A DNA stretch of 64,000 bases. It comes from the human T2T-CHM13v2.0 reference genome, Homo sapiens. Below, in pieces: positions 42,328 through 52,915 of the stretch (position 1 is its first letter; the number at the start of each line of letters is the position of its first letter). The stretch lies in NCBI GenBank assembly GCA_009914755.4, contig CP068257.2, positions 44,064,001 to 44,128,000 of the forward strand, written 5' to 3'. The position numbers and the translations under genes are program-made. The notes below the pieces were generated by a model. It searched no databases and had not been told where the DNA came from. It saw only the letters and a program-made list of their open reading frames with translations.

Positions 42328-43884
42328 TGTGCTCCTAGGTGCTTAGGCTTGCAGGTGACTGGAATCCTGACTAATATCATAAGAGGAGAGTTCTTACTAA
42401 CAAATTACTTGAACAAAGACTTTGTTTGTTCCTTCATTCGTTCAGCACATGTTTACAGTGTGCCTGTGATGTCCCAGGCGCACTGCCAGAATCCTGACAT
42501 CCTTGTGGGGGGATCGAAAACATAAATCTAGTCAGTGAGTTCATCCTGTGGCATGTCAGGGGGTGACAGTGGCTGTGGAGGAAACAGGGAAGGGCAGGGT
42601 GTGGGAGTCCTGGTGCTGTGTGAATAGGCCGTCAGGTCAGCCCTGAGACACGGGGCATCTGCGCGAGTCTTGCTGGAGGTGCACGTGTGAGCCCCTTGGT
42701 GCAGGAGGTGAGGAGCTGCAGGGCCAAGGGGGTTTGGAGCAGAAGCTCGGGTCTGACATGCCTGGTGCATCCATGGGGCAGTGAGGAGGCTGCGGGGCAG
42801 GAGGTGAGAGTGCCGCGGGTTAGGAGGTGAGAGTGCAGCTGGGGCACATCAGGGGTCTCACAGGTCATCCCGAGGCTGCTCTCAGTCCACGTGGCGTCGG
42901 GGCTGAGAGGAGCCCACAGCAGGGTGGGTGTGGGAGCAGGGAGCCAGCCAGTCTCTTCTCTGTGCTAGGTTATTGTTGTGGCTTTAGCTAAAGCTGCTGT
43001 AATACCTGTTTCTTAGAGGAATCCAAATCCCTGTTGCCTTGGGGCCAACTTTGTAATCTTACAAATCTGGATCTAATTTTCACCAAACTCTCAAGGGAAG
43101 AGCCTCTGGGACTCAGACAGATAAACAACACCTGTTATGTGCTGTTCCCATTTTCTCTTCGACTTTGGTGTTGTCCAAATTCTTCTGAGCCTAACTGTAG
43201 GCTCTTCAGACCCAGCCTACAGTTCTGGAAATAAACCAGCGTGCTGGGGTGGGGCGAGCCCGACCATGCAAGCCATGCCCCGGCAGCCAGGCTGAGAGGC
43301 AGAGCAAGCAGTGCAGGTGGACCCATCGCCTGCCAGCATGTGGGTTCTGGAGGCTGCAGCAGGCAGATTCTGGAAATTCCCTGAGGCCTTCGTTCAGTAC
43401 AGACAGGGAACTTTTATAGGTACCTGTGGCCTCTTCTGCTGGTGGGAATGGAGGTGCCATGAGCACTGAGCTGGTTGGAACAGAAGGGCTCTCCTCTCGT
43501 GGGCTGTGTCGAGTGAGTCCTGCAGCTTCTCGCTGTGAGATTCTGGGGTGCCATGATGAAGCAGAGCGGAGCTCATCTGAGTGGATGTTTCCCAGGGGAG
43601 CCAGTAGTTTTGGAAGCACTTGGTTTTTCCATTCCCATGTCTTGGAGGACTCTTCCCCCTTCCTGAGAGAGAGCGATGAATGTAGGCCTCCATGGAGAAG
43701 CACAGGTGCCTTCCCTGGGCTGTGTGTGGTCCGTGCAGACCTCTCAGGTCCACTTCATTTTGCAGGTAAGGACCCATCTCCCATAGCTGGTTAGTGCCAG
43801 AGCCCACTCCTAGCCCCATGTAGGGGCTGTTTTTCAGCTACAGCAAGATCAGGAAATAAGAAGTAGTAATGAATACTTCATTGA

Positions 43885-44247
<363 letters not shown>

Positions 44248-44373
44248 AGAGTTTTTTGCTTTCCGTAAGATAACAATTTTCCTTATAGAACTGAAAAATA
44301 TGAAAAACAATTTAAAAATTCACCTATGCTTAGCCTTAGTGCAGAGAGCAGCTGAAGGGTATCAGGGGATTGT

Positions 44374-45560
44374 CCTCACCCCTTCCTGTCCATGGCCCCC
44401 TGGGTAGCCCCCCCATCTTCATCAGCCCACCCCTTCCTGTCCATTGTCTTCTGCGTGGCCCCTCCCATCTTCATCAGCCCACCCCTTCTTGTCCATGGTC
44501 CTCTGGGTGGCTCCCCCATCTTCATCAGCCCACCCCTTCCTGTCCACGGTCCTCTGGGTAGCCCCCCCATCTTCATCAGCCCACCCCTTCCTGTCCACGA
44601 TCCTCTGGGTGGCCCCCCCATCTTCATCAGCCCACCCCTTCCTGTCCACGGTCCTCTGGGTAGCCCCCCCATCTTCAGCCCACCCCTTCCTGTCCACGGT
44701 CCTCTGGGTGGCCCCACCATCTTCATCAGCCCACCCCTTCCTGTCCACGGTCCTCTGGGTAGCCCCCCATCTTCATCAGCCCACCCCTTCCTGTCCGCGG
44801 TCCTCTGGGTGGCCCCCCCATCTTCATCAGCCCACCCCTTCCTGTCCATTGTCCTCTGGGTGGCCCTCCCCCATCTTCATCAGCCCACCCCTTCCTGCCC
44901 ATTGTCCTCTGGGTGGCACCCCCCATCTTCATCAGCCCACCCCTTCCTGTCCATGGCCCCCTGGATGGCCCCCCCATCTTCATCAGCCCATCCCTTCCTG
45001 TGCATTGTCCTCTGGGTGGCCCCTCCCATCTTCATCAGCCCACCCCTTCCTGTCCATGGTCCTCTGGGTAGCCCCCCCATCTTCATCAGCCCACCCCTTC
45101 CTGTCCACGGTCCTCTGGGTAGCCCCCCCATCTTCATCAGCCCACCACTTCCTGTTTGTCCATGGCCCCCTGGATGGCCCCCCCATCTTCATCAGCCCAC
45201 CACTTCCTGTTTGTCCATGGCCTCCTGGGTGGCCCCCCGATCTTCAGCCCACCCCTTCCCGTCCATGGTCTTCTGGGTGGCCCCTCCCTTCTTCATCAGC
45301 CCATCCTTCCTGTCCATTGTCCTCTGGGTGCCCCCCCGCCATCTTCATCAGCCCACCCCTTCCTGTCCATTGTCCTCTGGGTGGCCCCTCCCATCTTCAT
45401 CAGCCCACCCCTTCCTGTCCATTGTCCTCTGGGTGGCCCCCCCATCTTCATCAGCCCACCCTTCCTGTCCATTGTGCTCTGGGTGGACCCCCCATCTTCA
45501 TCAGCCCACCCCTTCCTGCCCATGGCCCTCTGGGTGGCCTCCCCATCTTCATCAGCCCAC
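44374..45560. repeat. Minisatellite/VNTR with a 51-bp unit (17 codons), about 23 copies over about 1.2 kb. It is GC-rich (about 65%) with approximately one CpG per unit, often decayed to TpG/CpA.
   Basis: The repeating unit is cttcatcagcccaccccttcctgtcca(c/t)ggtcctctgggt(a/g)gcccccccat. The periodicity is visible from the spacing of the tcttcatcagcc landmarks at 44469, 44520 and 44571…. Variants include gtccacgg, gtccatgg and gtccattg. Because the unit is a multiple of 3, it produces the 396 and 405 aa pseudo-ORFs in the track. Confidence 0.95.
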
Positions 45561-46322
45561 AGCACCTGGTGCTGCATTGTAGTCACTGTCACACACACTC
45601 TCTTCGCTTTGCCTCTGTGTCCTCCCAGTGTCCATGTGGTAGAACAAGATCACAGCATTGATGGAGACCACATAGCTGTGCAGACTAGTCTCGTCTAATT
45701 TCACAGCCAAGGGCTTGGATCCACCCTCACTTGCCTAGTCCCAGCAGCACCCCCTTGAAGAATTGCTTTTGCCTGAGTCCATTCTGTTCTGTCTGCTTCC
45801 CCTTCCTCAGATCTCTGATCTAATCAGATGTGAGTCTCAGCTGGCGTCTATGCCTCAGTTAAGGAGAAGAGAGTTGCTTCTCTGCCCCATCCTCCGACCC
45901 AAGGGGCTAAGTCGCGTTTCCTCCCTTGGCCTTTCCTGCCCCTCAAGTGCAAGGAGCCCTCGCTGTTAGCTCAGGACAAGCCCACCCTCTTGTTTCCTCA
46001 GGGACTTGCCCCGCTGTGTGGTCTGTGGTGCCATCTCTCTGCGTGCCCGCCTCACTGGCAGGTCACTTCTGTTAGCATCCGGGATGACTTAGTAGCTCCC
46101 ATGTTAAAATTAAAAAAAATTATTCCCTTGATCCTTGATTTTCAGCCAGATTGGCAAATTGATTTCACAGTGACCTCTGCTTCCTCTTAAAAGCCCACTA
46201 AAATGACAGGCAAGATGTTTTTAAAGGGCAAAAGTCACCAAGAAATTGAGAAAGAAGATGACAGAACTTTGAAAGTTGGAAGGCAAATGGTCAGAGCAGA
46301 TCTGAACCTAGAAAGCTGAGAG

Positions 46323-46552
46323 GTGCGTGTGTGTGTGCATGTGAGTGTGTGTGTGGTGTGTGTAGTGTGTGTGTGTGTGTGTGTGTGAAGTGTGTGTGCA
46401 TGTGTATTTACCCACACAGGTCTGTGTGTACACATGCGTGTGTGTATGTGTGTGCAGGTGAGTGTGTATATAGGTGTGCACGCATGCGTGTGTGTGTGGA
46501 AGGTGTGTGCATGTGTGTGTGGTATGTGTGCATCTGTTATATGTGTGTGTGT
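46323..46552. repeat. Compound imperfect (TG)n/(GT)n microsatellite of about 230 bp, interspersed with gca/gag interruptions.
   Basis: gtgtgtgtgtgcatgtgagtgtgtgtgtggtgtgtgtagtgtgtgtgtgtgtgtgtgtgaagtgtgtgtgcatgtg…gtgtgtgcatgtgtgtgtggtatgtgtgcatctgttatatgtgtgtgtgtt. Confidence 0.9.
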
Positions 46553-49343
46553 TGAGGGGACTGAGAAGTGAGTTTCTTGTGTTGCAGACAGTGCCCCCAC
46601 GTCTTGGGAATGGCGTTACTGTGCAGCTGAACATGGGGAGGCAGTAGAGATACGGTTGACATAGGAAAGCTGTGGAAAGCTTGTCTGAGAAGGAGTCAGC
46701 CTCTCAGCCCTCTCCTACCCAGTCTGGTTCCTCCCTGGAAGGTGACTTGGGAGCCTGCCCTGCGGTGGGGGACTGTCCTAAACGGAAAGCAGGGCACGGG
46801 ATGGCTTCACTCCAGCTCCTCCTTATTTGGCCCCAGAGCACTGGGAACCTAGGAACAGACACAGGAGGGAGGGAAAGGAGCCACTTGGTGGGTGAGGAAG
46901 CTGGACGCTGGGGCCCTGGGGCGTGGCTCCAAGAAGGGCTGGAGGGTGATGTCGGGATGAGTGGGTCTGCAGTGGTCGGCCCCATGGCTAGGAGTTTGGA
47001 AAGAAATCAACCTAAGTTCATAGAACACCAAAGAAAGCAGTGGGGAGGCCCTTATTCACTGTGAGAAGCAGAAACATTGTGCAAGAAGGGAGCTGCAGCA
47101 TCAGGTGTGGGTACCAGGTGCACAGCCAGCGAGGGGAGTCCTGGAAAGTGGGGAGGAGGGCGAGGTAGGGGCTCAGGAGAGTCAGTGCTCATCTTTTATA
47201 GCAGGAAGCTAACAGCTGATACATAAAGTTGTAAGATCAAGAATAGCAATACAAACTCAGTAATTAGAAATATGGAGATAAAGAAATGCCAAAAGAGGCT
47301 AAGAGCTCAGGGAAGGATTGTGATGTAGGGGGCAAGGGAGGGGTAGGGCCACTGCTTTTCATAAGCTTTATCGAATTATTTGCTTTTAAAAACTGTGTAT
47401 ATTTATAGTTTTATTAAAAATAAAAAATTTTAAAGGTTATATGGCAAATATTATTTTATAAAAAATTGATGAACCTCAGGCCCTGAGCTCCCTTGCTTGC
47501 CCTGCTCCTGCCAGGGCAGACTTCCACTGCCCTTGCCCTCTGGTCCTCTCCACTTCAGAGGCCCGGCCTCTGGCTTGGTGAATCTGAGGCAGATCTTTCT
47601 CCTCAGGTTGCTTGAGCTCTGCAGCGTTAGGCCTGGTGAGCGCCTCTTGCCCAGTGCCCTGGGGGCGGTGGGGAAATTCCAGTCCAGACTGTCTGCCTCA
47701 GGCATTCAGTACACACTTTCGTGCCCTGCTTTTTAACTGAATAGTATTCTGCAAAGTGTTCGACCTTACCTAGTTTGAGAACATTATTTTTAGAAGGTTG
47801 CATGGTTTCCCATGTTGTGGATCTAGGTATCATTTATTGGATTATTCCCTTTTTGTTTATTTTTTCTGATTTTCCACTAATATCCATAATACGAGGTAAA
47901 CACCCTTGTGCATAAATCCACAGCAGCTTCCTCTCTTTTGTAGGCAGTGTTCACACCTACAGAATTCCTGGGTCAGAGGACATGGACATTTAAAAGAGGC
48001 ATAATGTGTAATTGCCAGGTTGATCTCAAAAGTGCAAGTTTGTACTTGAACAAGGCTGTACCAGAGTGCCTGTGCTGTTGTATCCTGACACACCAGGTAC
48101 TGCATACGTCTCCATCTCGAAATGCAGAAGCACACTGAACACACATGGCTTAGCTCTTTAACAATAATGTCGTTTTCCCCCATGCTCATAAGCATTCTTG
48201 CATTATTGAAGATACTCTGCTTTTATGTCTGTGGGAGGAATTTTCCCCAGTTGAGTCGTGCACTTTTTCATCTGATCTGTAGCATTTTGGGTAGCTCGCT
48301 CAGTATTTTCCGTTGTGATGTTGTCTCTTATTGTGTTTACATTTAGAAAATCCTTTTCTTGGGATTTAATTAGGTGTATGTTCTTAGGTGAAGATCTAAG
48401 TTATTTTTTCTTATATTAGAAACACCATTTATTCAAAATACTTCATTTTTCTAATGATTCATGCTGCAACTTTTTATGTATGTGTACCACATATGAAAAT
48501 ATTGTGTATTTTAGTGTCTGTTTCTGAATTCTCTAATTGACCTCTTTGTTCTAGTGCTGGTACACTGTTTTAATTATTTTAGTTTCACGATATATTTCCA
48601 TATCTGATAAAGGTAACCAATATTTCAAAAAATATTTTGGTTATTCTTGGCTACCTACTTTCTAAATGAACTTTAGAATGATTTTCAAGTTTAAAAAGTT
48701 AATCATATTGAGGTTTCTTTTCAAATGGATCAGATCTATAATTTAAATTATAAACAGCTGACATTTTAACAATATTTAAATAGTTTCCTATATAGAAAGG
48801 GAATCTGTCTTTCCATTTATTCTGTTATTAGCCTTCAGTTACATTTCATAGCTTTCTTGCTGTAGGTTTTATCTTTCAAATTTTTTTCCAACTAATTTGT
48901 GTTATTTGGTTATTGTAATTGGGATTTTTCCCATTGCATTTATCAAATATTTAACATTATATAGGAAAACTATCAGTTTTTATATATTTGAATGTGGTCA
49001 CATGTTAAAATGGTTTTATTTGCAAAAGGGTTTTCAGGTGAAATTTGACTTATTTTTACCTTGACCCAACATTCACCATGAAGTATGCTCCCTGTAGCTC
49101 TCTGGTATATATTCTTCATTAAGCTACAGAAGTTTTCTTTTATTGCTATTTATTAAGTTACGTGTTTTTTAAAATCAAAAAAGTTGCATTTCACTAAATG
49201 TGTTCATTGCTACTATTTAGGTGGTTGTATGATTCCTGCTTTTGTCTCTCAATGGAGTGAATTCTGTTCCTGACATTCCAAGTGTTGATTCTTGGAATAA
49301 ACCCCGTTAGGCCATAGCTCTTCCAATTATAATATGCTCCCAG

Positions 49344-49500
49344 TATCTTATTGGGACTAGAATAAGGGTTAATAATAGGGTTAGGGCTAGAGTTAAGGCT
49401 AGCATAAGGGTTGGAGTTACCGTTAGTGTTCGAGTTATTGTAAAGGTTAGGATTAGGGTTACTGTTAGGGTTATCGTGAGGGTTATGGCTAGGGTGATAG
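49344..49500 (+). repeat. Degenerate interstitial telomere-like array of about 26 hexamers derived from (TTAGGG)n, with the G-rich strand on the plus strand.
   Basis: taagggttaataatagggttagggctagagttaaggctagcataagggttggagttaccgttagtgttcgagttattgtaaaggttaggattagggttactgttagggttatcgtgagggttatggctagggtgatagtg. It has strict 6-bp periodicity with ttaggg, tagggt and tgaggg variants. Confidence 0.75.
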
Positions 49501-49931
49501 TGCTCTATAAGGTTCTTTTTTTTCTAATTTTTATATGATTTTGGCAATAAATGATAGCTTGCTTTCATAACATGATTTGAGAATTGTCCCATGTTTTTCT
49601 ATCCTTTAAATAACAAATTTTTCTGTCTTCTGTTTAGAAATGCAAATGTTATCAGCCTTCGATAGAATTCTACCTTTAATAGAATTCGTCTATCAAAGCT
49701 GCTAAGCCTGGAGCCTATTTTGGAGACTGATTTTTTAGTGTCTATATAATTTCTACCATGGTTATTGATTTTATACACATTTTCTTATACACCAATGGTT
49801 TTTGCTTAGGAAACAGTCAGTTTTAAGCAAGTTTTTAGGTATATAGGTAAAAATGTGTATATGTTTTATATATATATATATACATATGTATGTATATAAC
49901 ATATATATGTTGTGCTCGTCATTTTTCAGTC

Positions 49932-50246
49932 TTTAAAAATTTTTAACTTAATTTAATTTTTCTTTTTATTATTTTTTTAGAGACAGAGCCACACTCTGTT
50001 GGATGTTGATCCCAGCTCACCGCAGCCTTGAACTCCTGGGCTCAAGCGATCCTTCCACCTCAGTCTCCCACGTAGCTGGGACTACAGGCATGTGCCAACG
50101 CATCCAGCTAATTTTTAAAATTTTTTTAGGCACTGGGGTCTTGCTTAGATGCTCAGGCTAGTCTCAAACTCCTTGGCCTCAAGTGATCTTCCTGCCACGT
50201 CCTCTCAAAGTGCTAGGATTACAGGTGTAGGCCACCATGCCGGGCC
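49932..50246 (-). mobile_element. Alu SINE (AluJ-like) with a long degenerate T-rich tail; TSD tttttcagtc.
   Basis: …tttagagacagagccacactctgttggatgttgatcccagctcaccgcagccttgaactcctgggctcaagcgatcc…gctaggattacaggtgtaggccaccatgccgggcc. tttttcagtc is present at 49922-49931 and 50250-50259. Confidence 0.9.
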
Positions 50247-51639
50247 TAGTTTTTCAGTCATTTTATCTGTTACTGTGTTCCCTTTATTTCTAGTACTTAC
50301 TTCAGCATTTTAGTCACATTTGTCTAATTTTTTCTCCAAAATAGCTTTCATTTATATTGATCATTTATAATTTTACTATTAATTTCTCATTTTAGCATAC
50401 ATTATAATTATAATTCTCTTTTTCTTCAAGTTAATGCTATTATTTTAATAGTTTCCTGAGTGCTTCTTTGAACATTTTCATTTATTTTCTGACTAATGCA
50501 TTTGACTCTCAGTCTTCTAAGACACTTTTAACTCTGTTCTACTGGCTTTATATGTACTGACCTGTTGTCCCTCATGTTTTTATTATTTAATTTAAAAGAT
50601 TAATTTCTTGGTAGTCCTGTCTAGGAGGACTATTCTTTTGTTGTTAAGTTTCTACTTTTTAAGTATCATGTTTGCCCTGTGTGGGTCAGAGAGGGACTGG
50701 GCCCTTTGTGACTGTGGGTGTTTTGTAGGAGATGGCTGTGGGGCTTGGGGATGGAAGAGTGGCACCCACTGTAGGCATGTCACAGGCTGTCACGGAGCAG
50801 CAGGGTACAGTGTGAGCAGTGGAGAAGGTGCCCAGAGGGACCCCATGGGGTTGTATGCTGCCTGTGGTCCTGGGAGATGGAGTGATCGCTCTGGAAGAAA
50901 AACATTCTGGAGTTTGTGGGGAGCAGACAGACTTCTGTGTGAGACCCATAGGAGACATGCCATGGAGGCTTTTGGAATCCTGGCTCACAGCTGAGGGGAC
51001 GGTGTGGGGCATACAGAGAGCCACGTGCCAAGAGGAAGAGTTGAACCCAGGGGAAAGGGTAAGCTGTGGAAATACAGAGCTTCCCAGACCCACCAGCTTT
51101 ATTTAATAAGGTCAGATGCTCTCGTTGACATCAGCGTTCCTGGATGGGAGGGCTGGGCTCTGTGAGGCCCTCCCCGGCCTGGACTCTGGGTGGCCTGCCA
51201 TTCTCGATGTGTGGTTTCTGTCTCTTGCTATGTTGTCATGACTGCAGAGTTGGAAGGAACCCAGGTGCACCTCGTGTGTTCTAGCCTGTGGATGCAACAG
51301 GGGACAACTTCATTTTAAGAACTGGAGGCCCAAGTTATGCTGACGTGTATCATGGTATCTGAGACCAGGTGTGTCTAACATGTGCCAGGTGACCCTCTCT
51401 GCAGAGGAGCTGGGCAATGCATTCTCCCGCTGGGCAGCCTTGGGCTCAGCCAAAGCTCTGTCTTCACGGAGAAAGGGAGGAAGGGACAGGGGAAGAGCTT
51501 CTGCCTCCATAGGCGAGGATGAGGACATAGGAGGCACTGAATAGTGGCCAGGAGAGGAGTGAGTGAGGACCTGGGGGTCACCCACACTTCAGAGTGAGGC
51601 GCACTTGCAAGAGTGTTGGCATCGTGTGAAGGCAGACAG

Positions 51640-52915
51640 TGCCACACGGTGTTGTGTCAGCATCGCTGTGTCAGTCCATTGACGTAGCGCCACACGGTGT
51701 TGTGTCAGCATCGCTGTGTCAGTCCATTGACGTAGCGCACACGGTGTTGTGTCAGCATCGCTGTCAGTCCATTGACGTAGCGCACACGGTGTTGTGTCAG
51801 CATCGCCGTGTCAGTCCACTGACGTAGCGCACACGGTGTTGTCAGCATCGCTGTGTCAGTCCATTGACGTAGCGCACACGGTGTTGTGTCAGCATCGCTG
51901 TCAGTCCATTGACGTAGCGCCACACGGTGTTGTCAGCATCACTGTGTCAGTCCATTGACGTAGCGCACACGGTGTTGTCAGCATCGCCGTGTCAGTCCAT
52001 TGACGTAGCGCACACGGTGTTGTCAGCATCGCCGTGTCAGTCCATTGACGTAGCGCACACGGTGTTGTCAGCATCGCCGTGTCAGTCCATTGACGTAGCG
52101 CACACGGTGTTGTCAGCATCGCCGTGTCAGTCCATTGACGTAGCGCACACGGTGTTGTCAGCATCGCCGTGTCAGTCCATTGACGTAGCGCACACGGTGT
52201 TGTCAGCATCGCCGTGTCAGTCCATTGACGTAGCGCACACGGTGGTGTCAGCATCGCCGTGTCAGTCCATTGACGTAGCGCACACGGTGGTGTCAGCATC
52301 GCCGTGTCAGTCCATTGACGTAGCGCACACGGTGGTGTCAGCATCGCCGTGTCAGTCCATTGACGTAGCGCACACGGTGGTGTCAGCATCGCCGTGTCAG
52401 TCCATTGACGTAGCGCACACGGTGGTGTCAGCATCGCCGTGTCAGTCCATTGACGTAGCGCACACGGTGGTGTCAGCATCGCCGTGTCAGTCCATTGACG
52501 TAGCGCCACATGGTGGTGTCAGCATCGCCGTGTCAGTCCACTGACGTAGCGCACACGGTGTGGTGTCAGCATCGCCGTGTCAGTCCACTGACGTAGCGCA
52601 CACGGTGTTGTGTCAGCATCGCCGTGTCAGTCCACTGACGTAGCGCACACGGTGTTGTGTCAGCATCGCCGTGTCAGTCCACTGACGTAGCTCACACGGT
52701 GTTGTGTCAGCATCGCCGTGTCAGTCCACTGACGTAGCTCACACGGTGTTGTGTCAGCATCGCCGTGTCAGTCCATTGACGTAGCTCACACGGTGTTGTG
52801 TCAGCATCGCCGTGTCAGTCCATTGACGTAGCGCCACACGGTGTTGTCAGCATCGCTGTGTCAGTCCATTGACGTAGCGCACACGGTGTTGTCAGCATCG
52901 CTGTGTCAGTCCATT
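51640..52915. repeat. CpG-rich minisatellite/VNTR with a 45-bp unit (47-48 bp in edge variants), about 28 copies over about 1.28 kb. It has about 58% GC, 5 CpG per unit (observed/expected above 1), and every unit carries ccattgacgtagcgc (a TGACGTAG motif).
   Basis: The unit is tgtcagcatcgccgtgtcagtccattgacgtagcgcacacggtgt. The period of 45 is confirmed by the spacing of the tgtcagcatc landmarks at 52021, 52066 and 52111. Variant blocks are ggtgttgtcagc (about 51900-52240), ggtggtgtcagc (about 52240-52500), and ggtgttgtgtcagc with ccactgacg and tagctcaca (about 52500-52800). It produces the in-frame 202 and 205 aa pseudo-ORFs. Confidence 0.95.

Larger units (their letters stand above)
47780..50600 (-). 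mobile_element. Block of old L1 (L1M-type) sequence in minus orientation. It is interrupted by a degenerate telomere-like hexamer array at 49344-49500 and an Alu at 49932-50246.
   Basis: AT-rich sequence with recurrent L1 reverse-complement strings (…gttttcccccatgctcataagcattcttgcattattgaagatactctgcttttatgtctgtgg…; …cagcattttagtcacatttgtctaattttttctccaaaatagctttcatttatattgatc…). Family assignment is approximate. Confidence 0.5.

Noticed and set aside
44392-45661. Very long ORFs (396 aa and 405 aa on the plus strand; 157, 108 and 100 aa on the minus strand) spanning the 51-bp repeat array
   Set aside because: The unit length is 3x17 and the unit lacks stop codons, so every frame on both strands stays open. 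That is an artefact of an in-frame tandem repeat and not evidence of a gene. There is no initiator, splice or codon-usage support. I kept it only as a low-probability coding-VNTR check in the findings.
46235-46634. His/Thr/Cys-rich ORFs of 121, 108 and 74 aa over the (TG)n tract
   Set aside because: This is translation of TG/CA dinucleotide repeats (…HTHTHT… and …CVCVCV…). It is a low-complexity artefact.
49344-49500. A true chromosome end (terminal telomere)
   Set aside because: The hexamers are highly degenerate and only about 155 bp long. Complex, non-telomeric sequence (L1 remnants and an Alu) flanks them on both sides, so this is an interstitial relic and not a terminal array.
51901-52544. 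202-aa (minus) and 205-aa (plus) ORFs across the 45-bp CpG-rich VNTR
   Set aside because: The same artefact applies, since 45 is 3x15. The translated peptides are perfectly periodic (…ALRQWTDTAMLTPPC… and …SASPCQSIDVAHTVL…) and open on both strands.
44374-52915. Possibility that the regularly spaced direct repeats represent a CRISPR array
   Set aside because: The repeats are contiguous with no unique spacers, and the units are 45 and 51 bp without CRISPR-like spacer alternation. The surrounding sequence is saturated with Alu, L1 and MaLR elements, which makes this primate nuclear DNA. CRISPR does not apply.
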